Shown here: piece after piece, positions 1-12,628 of the stretch
Layout of the letters: every line of letters starts with the position of its first letter
How positions within the stretch are numbered: position 1 is the first letter of the stretch
From: Squalus acanthias
Taxonomy: Eukaryota
NCBI GenBank assembly: GCA_030390025.1
Contig: CM059433.1
Location: 90,086,001-90,150,000 of the forward strand
Reading direction: 5' to 3'
DNA length: 64,000 nt
The notes under the pieces: generated by a model
What the model was told of the DNA's origin: nothing
Seen by the model: only the letters and a program-made list of their open reading frames with translations
Databases searched by the model: none
Made by a program: the position numbers and the translations under genes

Positions 1-89
1 GAAAGTTGGGTCTAGAGGAGCTGAAAATGACAAAAAGCAGAATCATTACCAGCAACTGATGTCTGAAAAAATGGGAGCAGCGTTTATGA

Positions 90-237
90 TCTGAAATTGT
101 TGAACTCAGTGTTGAGTCAGAAGGCTGTAAAGTGCCGAATCAGTAGATGAGGTGCCGTTCTTCGAACTTCCATTGAGCTTCATTAGAACAGTGTAGGAGG
201 CCGAGGTCAGAGTGGGAGTGGGCGGAGAATTAAAATT
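90..237 (-). mobile_element. Penelope-like retroelement fragment (C-terminus of GIY-YIG endonuclease region)
   Basis: Minus strand translates GLLHCSNEAQWKFEERHLIY*FGTLQPS, matching the Penelope C-terminal motif (...KLEEQHLIFRLGTLQPxGLN). Contains a stop and frameshifts. Confidence 0.75.
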
Positions 238-1585
238 ATACAACGTTATGAGCAAGTTACTTTCAGTGACTTAAGTAAGATGTCAATCGTAGCCCAGGTT
301 CCACATGATTATACCACAGAAAATGTAAATTTTAAGTACAAAATACATTGACACATAGATAACAGATTATGTGCCAATATGATTTTGCTTTCATCATCAT
401 CATACCATGAGTTTTCCATGATGATACTATCTTAATGAAATACAAAATATTCATAGAGATTGTCATCACGTGGGATATATATTGGTGAATGATCTGAGAC
501 CCTGCACCACCAGTAGGTGCAACGGGAAGCTTATTAATAAATAATGGATGCACTGCCTATAATTTTTCCATCGATTGATTTAAATATTCTGATAAGCCAC
601 CCACTGTGTGCTGGGTCTCAGTGTCATGGAAAATTTACCTCACGGTATTTTCAATAATGTTTTCTGGGAGATTTTTCTGGTGGAAAAAACTACAACTCCC
701 GGAATGGTGCTGTATGACGGCTGTAATATGGTCTTTTTGAACAGAAAGTAGTTTCAGCACATTTATGATTGTAGGTATGAGTTTGTCACCAAGATAGAGG
801 GAGGAGAGCTGAAAGATAGCAGAGTGAGTCTTGAGTACAAACCACACAGGGAAAATCGAACAGGTTGTTGGTCTTTTCTCATTCCTGTCTTAAACTTTTA
901 GTCAATTTTTTTACACGTTAAGATGAATTATGTCAGCATTGGGTAATAAAGTAATTTCTACATAGTTATCACCTGTGTTGTGTATGAAAATGAGTTCAGA
1001 ATAAAGTTGACGAGAAACCACTCCTTTTATAAAATCAGAGTCTCTATTGTCAACACTTCCAATTCCCTTGGGAGTGGCATTATTTTTAATGGTTACAATA
1101 ATGTGAGAAATTTAAACAAAGAAAGCTAAGTATCATTTTGTGGCTGAATTATGAACATTAAAATGGTGTATTTATACCTGCATCTAGCAGCAATTTTTCT
1201 AACTTGCCACCTAAAGCCAGGAGTCTACCAAGTGAATGGCAGGATTCCATTCATCATTAGCTCCTTCAGCTGTATACATATTCAATGACATAATGGAGCT
1301 TTATATACCAGGTCAGTTACAGCACAGGACAGATGAGGCTAAACCCAACCTTAAAAGAGTACACCCTATTGCACTAAAGTAGCCCTATATTTCCCACATT
1401 AGTCTTTTTACAGCCTCTCTGTCAATGTAGTGTCAATTGGCACTGAATTATGAACAGTTTGTGCTGTAGACTTGCTTCCACCAGCAAATGATTGAGATTA
1501 CCTAAACTCATTTCAGATAGAATTATTGGAGTAGATGGTGGAAACTTTCATTCAATAGACTCAGGTAGATCCCAACCCAAGGTGT

Positions 1586-2153
1586 TAGCCTGGGCTCAGT
1601 GGTAGCACTCTTATTTCTGAGCCAGAGGTTGTGGGTTCAAGTTTCACTCCAGAGACTTGAGCACGTAATCTAGGTTGACACTTCAGTGCAGCACTGAGGG
1701 AGTGCCGCACTGTTGGAGGTGCGGTCTTTCGGATGAGACGTTAAACCGAGGCCCCGTCTGCCCTCTCAGGTGTATTTTTTTTTATTCGTTTATGGGATGT
1801 GGGCGTCGCTGGCAAGGCCAGCATTTATTGCCCATCCCTAATTGCCCTTGAGAAGGTGGTGGTGAGCCGCTTTCTTGATCCGCTGCAGTGCGTGTGTAGT
1901 TGCAGGTGTATGTAAAATATTCCATGGCACTGTTCAAAGAGCAGGGGAGTTCCGGCCAATATTTATCTTTCAACCAACTTCACTAAAAGAAACAGATTAT
2001 CTGGTCATTATCTCACAGCTGATTGTGGGATCTTGCGGTGCGCAAATTGGCTGCAGTGTTTCCTACATTACAAAAGTACTTAACAGGCTGTAAACTGCTT
2101 TGGGATGTCCTGAGGTCGTGAAAAGCGCTATATAAATGCAAGTTCTTTCTTTC
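1586..2153 (+). mobile_element. Deu-domain SINE (SacSINE1/AmnSINE1-like), interrupted at 1776-1902
   Basis: tRNA-like head (GGCTCAGTGGTAGCA...GGTTCAAGT), Deu core GATGAGACGTTAAACCGAGGCCCCGTCTGCC, and tail GCGCTATATAAATGCAAGTTCTTTCTTT. Confidence 0.9.
1776..1902 (-). mobile_element. 5'-truncated LINE 3' end with poly(A), inserted in the Deu-SINE
   Basis: Poly-T on the + strand followed by a repeat tail also present in + orientation at about 22950-23020. Flanked by the 9-bp duplication CAGGTGTAT (1767-1775 and 1903-1911). Confidence 0.8.
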
Positions 2154-2721
2154 TCACATGCCAGAAGTGAAAGGACAATGTTCTTACCCCTCTCACCACC
2201 TCATTTCCCTCATTCATACCTATATATATTCCCAAGAAATATTACTCAGTGTAACCATTAAACATTTCATTAATTCTCTGTAAAGCAGTTTGATGGGCTC
2301 TCTGTAAATTATAAATAGACATTTGTAGCAACTGGCATTATCTCTTCAAGTATTAATTGAACAGGAGCAGTGATCACAAAGACATTTGTTTAGCTCTGTA
2401 CCTTGTGTTTTCCAAACATCACTGACAGTACTGCACAATGGAGTGAAAAAATTCATTTGGTTTTATATTTATTAGTTACTCAACAAATACTACTCTGTCA
2501 CGAACTGCATTATTCATTGCATCAGTTGTCATCCATGAAATACCATTTACATTGAAATATTTCAGTGGGATTCTGGGATGTTTATTGGTGCCTTGGGAAT
2601 TGCAATCCAGGATTCTGTTCATGTTTGCATGAAAATGAAAGCCTTGGTCATAACAGAACATGCTCAGTGTTTAAACTCTAACACCCATCTTCACTTCAAC
2701 TCGCACTGCACTAAACAACAG

Positions 2722-3451
2722 GGGCGGAAAATTGATTCATGCCCTCTTTGGGGCACTAACTTCGCCGGGGCGCTACTTTTAGCACCCCAGAAAAATTAGC
2801 GGCCCCGCGACCGAAATTGAGTGGTTGCACCCCAAGAGGGAAGCGGGGCGCTACTGGAAGCACCCCGTCTCCCTCTTGGGGCGCTCCGAGGGAATATCAC
2901 ATCACGCCGCGGTATTGCAGGCCTTCCTCCCCTTCTTAAAAGGGATGGGGCCTTGCGCAGCGCGACCCGGGGCCCAGCTGGGCCCCCGGGGATCGGGGGT
3001 GCCGGCAAAAGAGCCCGACACTCAAGAGAAGTGCCGGGCTCCTGGAGCGCAGCCGGCACTCGGCGGGGGGGGGGGCGGGTAAGGAGGCCTGGGACGAGAG
3101 CGGAGGCAGGTGCTGGCAGGTAGCCAACAACAAAAATGGCCGCCCAGCACCTCGCCTTTAAATAGCGCCACCCCGGCTGCAGGTAGACCCCCTGACCCCG
3201 TCGGACATAGCGTCCGGCGGTAAGTCAGGGGGCGCTACCAAAGATCGCAAGTGGGGTGCTGCGCATGGCGATGACGTCATCGCTGGCTGCGCAGCGCCGC
3301 AGGGCGCTAATGATTAGCGCCACCGCTAACCTCCCGCTGAATTTCGCGGGAGGCGTTGGCGGCACCGCGCTCGGGCGCTAGTTGCTTTGCGCCCCGTTAG
3401 CGCCCTGTTAGGGCACTAACGGGAGACGCAAAGCAACCAAATTTTTCCCTC
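2722..3451. mobile_element. GC-rich non-autonomous DNA transposon (Harbinger-like MITE family A, reverse orientation)
   Basis: Imperfect TIRs GGGCGGAAAATTG / CAAATTTTTCCCTC with CAG on both flanks. Homologous in reverse to 20042-20765 and 55824-56560. Confidence 0.8.
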
Positions 3452-5081
3452 CAGATGTTCTCTAGGCAACAATACTGACCTAAACTCACAGCGGGTGAAC
3501 ATCCATGGGATTCGCTCGCTCACTGTAACGTCAGTGCAAGAGCCGTGGAAACGCCCCAGAAAAACGGTGTTTACAACATTCTAGCAGAGTTTCGGTGGCT
3601 CTCCCACCAAAGTTACGGAGGATGAGCGGGAGTACCCCTGTGGAATTTCACCCCAACTAATTGCAAGAGCTCCCTCCATGGCCAAGTAAATAAATGCATC
3701 AGACCATGAAGGAGTCATTGTTCAATCCCCCAGTCTGTGCTCTTAGGTAATATCAGTTGGAAGGCTACAAGTGGTCTCAACATCCCTGAGTTTAAATGTT
3801 GCTTGATAACGCCCCTGTGAAGCACCTTGGGACATTTACTACATTCAAGGCGCTATATAAAGTTGTTGTTGTTAGGACGGGAACAATTAGCTGGAAAGTG
3901 AATTTGTGTGACTGAAAACAAGGTGCGTCTTGGCTGTTATAGTCTGCCAACAATCAAACTGAAAACGCCACTTTTGAGGTACTAGAAGGTGGTGGAACCG
4001 CATGCAATACTAGTCAGCATCTTCCGCAAAGTAGGAGAGAAAAAAAGTCCTAATATTCGCAGTCATGTTAGGGGACATTCTGTGATCTGGCACTCTCAGC
4101 GGGGAGCGCATCTTGTGAAATCAGGGGCATGTAGCCCACAATTTGCCATCTATTATGGATGGACCATCACGGCAATATCCCACAGTCCTCCCCCCTCCGT
4201 CTTGATGAGACAATTGTGACGTCATCTTAATGGGTACTATTCCTGCATCACTCTGCTCATGTTCCGATCTATTCAAAGCGTAAAAAATTAATTTATATTT
4301 AAATATGAAAGCGCATAACATGATTGAAATCTATTGAATGCAACATTCATCCAACACTTAGACTCAACATAATATTATACTCTCAGCTTCAGCTCTCAGG
4401 CATTATTCTGTCACATTCACTGCTGGATAAATATATCCAATGGGTCCTGAACCTGTATCCACTATTTATAAGATGTAAAGGCTTTAATTCTGCTTCAGAG
4501 CTGCAGAATTATTCTCTTGTTCTTGTAGCTGCCTGTTTACCATGCGACAATATAATTCTGCGGCGATAACATCACACTAGCTGCTAACAGCCTTCAATCA
4601 AAAAATACCAGCTCTGCTTTTAATAGTCACAAATTTTTTTATTTTATATGTACCATGCATTGCCCCATGGAAATGCTTATAGTAAGCCTCAGCCGTAGCA
4701 ATATCTTCCATCTACATGTTGCTGGTTCTCTCCACTTCTTTCTGTTCTTTTCTGCTCGTCTCTTGGTTCTTTTTTGCTTCTGTCTCTGTTTTCCTCCCTC
4801 TCCATTTTTTTTTTGCTTTCTATCCTTCTTTGCTTCCTCTCTTATTTTTGTTCTTTCATCAGTGGGACAGAGGGGCAGGTCAATGGGAGATGTGGATAAT
4901 AGGTGGTGGATGGTGGATCATAGGTCCACTGGGCAAATGCAGAAAGTAACATAAAAGGTAGTGTTCCACTTCCTTTGGCCACACTTCCTCACCCTTCCGT
5001 ACCCCTTCACCCCATTTCCTTCTCCCCGTCACCAACCCGACCCGCCCACTCTCCGCACCGTGTACCATCCTCCATTTTATT

Positions 5082-6032
5082 TAGAACATAAGAATATAAG
5101 AAATAGGAGCAGGAGTAGGTCATTTGGCCCTTTGAGCCTGCTCCACCATTCAATAAGATCATGGCTGATCTTCTACCTCATCTCCACTTTCCTGCACTAT
5201 CCCCAAATCCCTTGATTCCCTTAATATTCAAAAATGTATCGATCTCTGTCTTGAATATACTCAACGACTGAGCCTCCACAACCCTCTGGGGTAGAGAATT
5301 CCAAAGATTCACCACCCTCTGAGTGAAGAAATTTCTCCTCATCTCAGTCCTAAATGGCCAACCCCTTATTCTGAGACTGTGACCCCTGGTTCTAGACTCC
5401 CCAGCCAGGGGAAAATATCCTCCATGCATCTACCCTGTCAAGTCCTGTAAGAATTTTGTATGTTTCAAAGAGATCAACTCTCATTCTTCTAAACTCTAGA
5501 GAATATAGGCCTCGTCTACTCAATCTCTCCTCATAGGACAATCCCTCCATCCCAGGAACCAGTCTGGTGAACCTTTGTTGCACTCCCTCTATGGCAAGTA
5601 TATCCTTCCTTTGGTAAGGAGACCAAAACTGTACACAATACTCCAGGTGTGGTCTCACCAGGGCCCTATATAATTGCAGTAAGACGTCTTTACTCTTATA
5701 CTCAAATCCTCTTGTAATAAAGGCCAACATACCATTTGCTTTCCTAATTGCTTGCTGTACCTGCAAATTAACTTTCAGTGATTCGTGTACAAGGACACCC
5801 AGGTCCCTCTGAACACCAACATTTCCAAATCTCTCACCATTTAAAAAATACTCTGCTTTTCTATTTTTCCTACCAAAGTGGATAACTTCGAATTTCTCCA
5901 CATTATATTCCATTTGCCATGTTCTTGCCCACTCACTTAGTCTGTCTATATCCCCTTGCAGCCTTCTTGCATCCTCCTCACAACTTACATTCCCACCCAG
6001 CTTTGTAACAACTTACATTCCCACCCAGCTTT
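5082..6032 (-). mobile_element. CR1-clade LINE (HER1-like), 5'-truncated ORF2 C-terminus plus 3'UTR
   Basis: ORFs read QRDLGVLVH, LYRALVRPHLEYCVQFWSP, RTRGHSL, FFTQRVVNLWNSLP (frameshifted). The 3' end carries a short-repeat tail (AGAACATA-type on the + strand). Confidence 0.95.
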
Positions 6033-6349
6033 ACAGTGCAATGAGCATTTCAAAAACTAAACTGCCAGTTCTCCAGGTCAATACTGGGAAACTGGCGAAG
6101 AGGAGACAGCGGGGTCAAAGGCAGGAGGAGGCATGAAACACAATGGCCATGAGTCGGCAGCGAGGACGGGCGGGAGGGATGTGAGAACAGGCAGTCGGGG
6201 GAAACAAAAAAGTGTGGATGGCTGCATCGGGGGGCGAGAGGGAATCAGGCCAGGTTTGTGAACAGGTGACATGGGGTGCAGTACCATTTAGCTTCAGGAG
6301 GGCTGAAAGGTAGGTACAGTGGTAAGTATACCTACCTTATACAGACCTT

Positions 6350-7463
6350 ACAAATCCGTGCCCACCTTTCCCGCAATTCCATGTTTGAATCCCTCCAATC
6401 AGGTTTCCACCCTGTACCGAAACGGCTCTCATCAAAGCCACAAATGACATCCTTTGTGACTGTCACAAAAGTAAACTATCCCTCCTCGTCCTTCTTGACT
6501 TGTCTGCAGCCTTTGACATGGTTGACCACTCCATCCTTCTCCAACGCCTCTCCACCGTCGTCCAGCTGGGTGGGACTGCACTTGCCTGTCCCATTCTTAT
6601 CTATCTAATCGTAACCAGAGAATCACCTGCAACGGCTTCTCTTCCTGCTCCCGCATCGTTACCTCTGGTGTTCCCCAAGGATCTATCCGTGGCCCCCTCC
6701 TATTTCTCATCTACATGTTGCCCCTTGGTGACATCATCTGAAAATACGGTGTCAGTTTCCACATGTACACTGACGACACCAAGCTCTACCTCACTACCTC
6801 TTTTCTCGACCCCTCCATGGTGTCTAAATTGTCAGACTGCTTGTCCGAAATACAGTTCTGGATGAGCAAAAATTTTCTCCAATTAAATATTGGGAAGACC
6901 AAAGACATTGTTTTCGGTCCCCGCCACAAACTCCGTTCCCTAGCCACTGACTCCATCCCTCTCCCAAACATCTGTCTGAGGCTGAACCGTTCGCCCATTA
7001 CCCCTGTGCTCGCTGATCTACATTGGCTCCTGGTTAAGCAGCGCCTTGATTTCAAAATTCTCATTCTTGTTTTCAAATCCCTCCATGGCCTTGCCACTTC
7101 CTATCTCTGTAATCTCCTTCAGCCCCACAATCCCCCCGAGATATCTGCGCTCCTCTAATTCTGCCCTCTTGAGCATCCCTGATTATAATCGCTCAACCTT
7201 TGGTGGCCGTGCCTTCTGTTGCCTAGGCCCTAAGCTCTGGAATTCCCTGCCTAAACCTGTCCGCCTCGCTACCTCTCTTTCCTCCTTTAAGACACTCCTT
7301 AAAACCTACCTCTTTGACCAAGCTTTTGGTCACCTGCCCTAATTTATCCTTATGTGGATCGGTGTCAAATATTTTGTCTTTAAATACTCCTGTGCAGGGC
7401 CTTGGGATGTTTTACTACATTAAAGGTGCTATATAAATACAAGTTGTTGCTGTTCTTGTTGTT
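6350..7463 (+). mobile_element. L2-clade LINE, truncated, frameshifted and internally deleted
   Basis: RT motifs [30 protein letters not shown] (degenerate YADD), QLNIGKT. Jumps at about 6988 to ITPVLADLHWL...FKTLLKTYLF. Tail GCTATATAAATACAAGTTGTTG. Confidence 0.92.
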
Positions 7464-8539
7464 TAAGATTAAAAGATAGCCCCACTCCCAACTCCCTTAA
7501 ATATTCGCAATTGTGCTCCCCATTTTCCCACAGTAAGGACAATAATTTTTAAATTGTCACTGTGAGAACTTTGAGGGTTGTTTCAACTATTTCAATATCG
7601 CAGCATGTTGATGACATTCACGTCTTGTTAAGGGCCACAATCCTGAACAGCAACTTGTTCTCTCCTAGACAGACCTCTCAAAAATCAACTGCGTCTGCTC
7701 ATTGTTTTTAAGTTTTAAAAATGGCTCTTAATTTTTCTTCTTCCATCTTGAGTCCTAGGTACGGGAATATCTTAGAGCTACAAGGGCTGTGAATTGAAGT
7801 CCAGAGACACGTGGAGCAACACGCTGACCAAGCACCACAGGCAAAGGGGGAAATGGGCTGCACGTGGCCCTCAGGCCATGTTGTAAGTACATTATACGTT
7901 GCTGCAGACCATGATTTAGAGCCTCCTGTCAAACCCCTGCTGCACTGCCGTCTGCGACTGCTGACTGTGTTACGTTCCAGCCTGCAGGTGATGCCTTGAT
8001 TTCACTCAATTTCTCAAAAATACATCTCAGTTTTCACAAACATTTTAAAAAAAGACTCAGGACTGGCTGGTGCCGACTGGTCTTGTACCTGTAACTGAGT
8101 AAGTCTAAGCATCTGTTTATCACAGAGTTGCCAGGAAGCCTCGGCAGTGTGGCTGTGCGCTGGGTGACTTGTGTAACTCCATTGTTACAAATGATGTGCA
8201 CTTTCAAGTCGAGCCACTAAATGGGCTGAAATGCTCTCCTTATAACTGTAAAGCACTGTGTGACACAGATCATTTGCGTAAAGGGCCAGTATAGCCTCAG
8301 TGGGACGATTCCTTTATAATCCCTGTATTATTGCATTTGTCCATGTAGTGGCACTTTATGGCCACAGCAATGCACTGTTATGTCGCAACCTATTTGTATG
8401 AAAACGTTTTGCACCCAAATCATTTTTAAAATGCAAAGCCTTCTTGAAAAAATATTTGGCAAACCTTTTTTTTCTATCTTTAGCTTTAGTGAGCTGGGTA
8501 AAGGACCGCTGCGTTCCTTTCATTGCACTAAATGCAAGG

Positions 8540-8745
8540 CACAACAACAACTTGCATTTATATAGCGCCTTTAACGTAGTAAACGGCGCTTCACAGGAGC
8601 GTTATCAAACAAAATTTGATACTGGGCCACATAAGGAGATATTAGGACAGGATACCAAAAGCTTGGTCAAAGAGATAGGTTTTAAGTAGCGTCTTAAAGG
8701 AGGAGAGAGAGGTAGAGAGGCAGAGAGATTTAGGGAGGGCATTCC
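8540..8745 (-). mobile_element. L2 3'-end fragment
   Basis: Minus strand encodes SLSSFKTLLKTYLFDQAFG and carries the same tail as 7270-7463. Confidence 0.88.
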
Positions 8746-9445
8746 TGGTTTGGCCACTCGCCAGATACTTAATCTTGGGCCCAGTGCAAAGGGCTGTTTT
8801 CCCAGGTAAATCCACACTCTCCAGGAACTGAAATGTAACTTTATGCACAAAGTTACTATTTACCATCAATATGCACACTAACAACAGCAGCCTCAACATT
8901 TTTGCCATCCTGCTGTGCCCCTAAAGTCTGGAAGGGCGGGGCTTCCATCCACCAGTCTGCTCAAGTGCTGACCCCATCCCAAATCCTGGGATTGGAGTCA
9001 TTAGCATAAAAGGGGGCAGGCACCTGTGCTATATGCTAAGCTCCTTGGAAATCTGCCCTGCAGCGACCATGTGGAATTTCGGAGCAGCACCTCACCGCTT
9101 CATAAGGGGGCAGAACATACCGGTTGAGGATCCCATTTATTTATATCGAAGATGAGCAAATTGGCATTTGGCTTTCAGGAACACAGTGACGTGGGCCCCG
9201 CTTCTGCCAGTATGTAATGCTGGCAAGGCAGGTACTACTGCATCATACAGGTCTACTTACTGTTAGGGGAAGTGCAAGTGGAACTGGTGGGAATTATGGC
9301 AGGTGACCTCATCCCACCAGTCCTGCTTCCTCTTCTGATGAAAGCAAGAAACACCCCCATCAGAATTTCAAAAAGGACAAAAAAGGGATAGAGGCCCCGC
9401 CAGAACCCGAATTCCTCCCGCAGCCACCTAGATAACAGAGATTAT

Positions 9446-10162
9446 GGGCTGGATTTTCAATGACCCGTGGAGTCGGGTTTGGAGGCGTGTTGCAGATTCA
9501 GGGGTCCCGACACCATCCCGCCTCCACGCAATTTTGACAAAATCGGTCGCGGGGTTCCCGACTCCGTCCCGCCTCCAAGAGGCGGGAGAGGCCATTAAAG
9601 CCCTTAACAAGCCCTAAATTGGCTCAGTAATGCCATTTTGAAACGTTTTAGCTAGTTTAACCCTTTTCCGACGTGAAGCACGCCTGATGTGAAACACGCC
9701 AGTGAAACCTGGCGGGAGCACAAGTGGATAGCTGACTATCAGCTGCAGGTCCACTATTACAACAGAGATGTGATGAAGGTAGTAGTAGTATTGTGATGAA
9801 GGTAGTAGTAGTATTAGGTCTGAAAGTCGCCTCTGATGTCTTCAGAGACTGCCTGGGAGGACTTGGTTGCAAAAAAAAAATTCTCTCTCTCTGAGATGCT
9901 GCTCATTTTGCATCCAGGTCCTCTCACACCAAAGGCCAGGCAGTCTCTGAGACCAGGCAGTCTCTGACCTGCAATGATGACATCATCAGAGGCGACTTTC
10001 AGACTGAAAACACTAATTGGTTCATGGGTTCCCACATGCTGGAACTCAATTGCCCAATTAAGTGAAAATTGCATCAATCTCCCACATCCAATCGCAGGCG
10101 GGTGGATAACACGAAAAGTGGATAACACGACCCCAACCCGCCCCACTATCAAAATCCAGCCC
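9446..10162. mobile_element. Harbinger-like MITE
   Basis: Perfect 12-bp TIR GGGCTGGATTTT / AAAATCCAGCCC with 3-bp TSD TAT on both sides. Confidence 0.85.
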
Positions 10163-10458
10163 TATATGTCACCTGATGTCAGGAATTTCTAGCCCAGTAA
10201 CTATGAACCTCTCCAACTGACAGACAGATAACATGCTGGTAGACTGTATATCTCAGGCTACAACAACAGATCAGATTTATCAAGCAATAAAATTAGCAGA
10301 AGCAAAATTCAATAGCAGCAGATAAGTAAATCACAGTGGCTCACTTCACTCACAAAATCTGTTACAAAACAGTAAAATGTCTTGAAGCTTCAGTAATTCT
10401 CATAACTTAGGCATCATATATGTGAGGTAAAGCTCATACATGTACACTGAGATTCACA

Positions 10459-11088
10459 GGGGGATAAATTCGGGAGCGCCTATTTGTGGGCACCTCACCC
10501 GCACAGTATTAACAACCCGTGCTCAAATGAGGAGGTCCAAGGAGTCCTGGATTTTGGGCCTCAGACCGCTTCATAATGTAGATGGTGCTGCGGTAGGAGC
10601 CTGCACAGGTTAGCGCTCCAATTTCCAGGGAAGTGATTGAGTTGGGGGTCTGTGATCGGGGTTCGGTGTGGGATTTGGGTAGGTAGATCACAGGCCTCGG
10701 GAGTGCTGTCGCAGGCTGGGGCAGGATCAGAGACCTCGGGACGGGGAGCGGCGGTGATTATGGTAAGAACTTAACTTTTTTTTTACTTATGTGGCGTTTA
10801 GAGCTGGTTTTCCCAGAGGCAATCAGCACTGGTGCTGGCTGCCTCAGGACAAATCAAAGTTGCAGCAGGGACCAGAAGCAGGTGTTAGGCTCCTTATTTG
10901 CATATGTAAATGGCCTAATGCCTGCTTCAGATGTGGGTAAAGGATGCCTCTTGTTTGTCCTTAACCAATATGGCGTCCAGCGCACTTACCGTCGGAAGTG
11001 TGCACGCACATCTTGGACCCCATTTTCGAGCATTAGGAGGCCACTTAGCTCCTAAAAAACGGGTGCTACAGAGCCCAATTTCTCCCCG
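10459..11088. mobile_element. Harbinger-like MITE
   Basis: Ends GGGGGATAAATTCGG / CCCAATTTCTCCCCG with a GC-rich body. TSD not preserved. Confidence 0.6.
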
Positions 11089-12152
11089 CCTAGTGTTCCA
11101 CCAGACCCAACCCTTCAGCTACCTGACACTGTAGAAATCCACTAAAGGAACTTTAATAAGGGAAATAGTAACACCCCTTCATTCTTGGTCCGAGTGTGTT
11201 GCCTGCACTTATCCAAACCTGCAGCTGTGCAAATGACTAATCTTAGAAAATTCAGCGCAAACAGCACACTTCTTTTTTGATTCTGTCTAAAACCAGCCAA
11301 ACACCATTTCAGACTAAACTACAGCACACCAATACTGGAAAATTGAGGTTACAATCTGTTATGACCTGAAACAGGACTAGTCCCCAATACAATGTTTTAG
11401 CCGTGGTGTCACAAGAGTGATTTTACAAGTCTACCCTAACACAAAGCTCCACCCATTATAAGTGCATAATCGTGAATTTGTAATTTTCCATCCATTTTAA
11501 AATTAGCCTTGAGTTCGTAAAGACACAAAACATAAGAGATTGACCAAAATCTTTCTTCTTTGTCTTGTACTTTTTTGCTAATTTTAAACTTTCCTTTTCC
11601 TTGCTCTTTTTTTTGTAAGATTCTTGACTGCCCCAGTTAACCTCACAGTGTCAGGTAACACTGCCTAGCTCAGAAAGCGAGCAGACAACTTGTCCCCAAG
11701 TCTCTCCTGTAATGTTAGCTGCAGTGCAGACACCCCCTTCTTATTCCAGTTTTCAAAAATTTCAACAGATCAACCACAGATGGCTTTCGAAAGTCACAGG
11801 CAAGGTCTGTTTCTTTTTTATTAACGGCACAAAGAGTGCTCTGTTAAAGGTTCAGTAAAAACAATTTAAATAATTGTACTGCTATCTCAGTACAATGTAA
11901 TAATGTTTTTGTCAGTGATTAAATGATAATTTACAGCCCCATCTGAAGTCAGAGAGCGACAACCTCCATTTTTCACATTCCATTCTGATTAAAATAACAT
12001 GATCAAACAGTACAGGCGCGCAGACTGAAAGTGAACTCTGAGCATCACACGCTCAGCATTACAGCATACTAATGGAAATTACTGCAGTTAAATCCAAGGA
12101 ATTATACCATTCCAGCACCCAGTTTGCTGTCAGCAATGATAAGCACCCAAGC

Positions 12153-12628
12153 AAATATTACTGCAGTATAAATATTAGTGTGGGATAAATATTACAGTGG
12201 GATAAATATTACAGTGGGATAAATATTACTGTGGGATAAATATTACTGTGGGATAAATATTAGTGTGGGATAAATATTACTGTGGGATAAATATTATTGT
12301 GGGATAAATATTATTGTGGGATAAATATTACAGCAGTATAGAAATAACTGTGGGATAAATATTACAGCAGTATAGAAATAACTGGGATAAATATTACTGC
12401 AGTATAGAAATAACTGTGGGATAAATATTACTGCAGTATAGAAATAACTGTGGGATAAATATTACTGCAGTATAGAAATAACTGTGGGATAAATATTACT
12501 GTGGCATAAATATTACTGTGGGATAAATATTACGGCAGGATAAATATTACTGTGGCATAAATATTACTGTGGCATAAATATTACTGCGGCATAAATATTA
12601 TGGCAGTATAAATATTACTGTGAGATAA
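12153..12628. repeat. 17-bp minisatellite (about 28 units), consensus GTGGGATAAATATTACT
   Basis: Directly visible tandem array. In the centre it alternates with the variant GCAGTATAGAAATAACT; at the right end the variant is GTGGCATAAATATTACT. Confidence 0.95.

Larger units (their letters stand above)
1400..2205 (-). mobile_element. Old LF-SINE-like element split by a Deu-SINE insertion (pieces about 1400-1585 and 2157-2205)
   Basis: Minus strand reads CCTTTCACTTCTGG | ...TGAAATGAGTTT...TCTCAATC...TGGTGGA..AGTCTACAGCACAAAC...GCCAATTGACAC, collinear with recalled LF-SINE motifs and with copies at 30258 and 58405. Confidence 0.5.

Noticed and set aside
12153-12628. CRISPR-like array
   Set aside because: The units are contiguous with no unique spacers, there are no cas genes, and the context is eukaryotic. 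It is a minisatellite.
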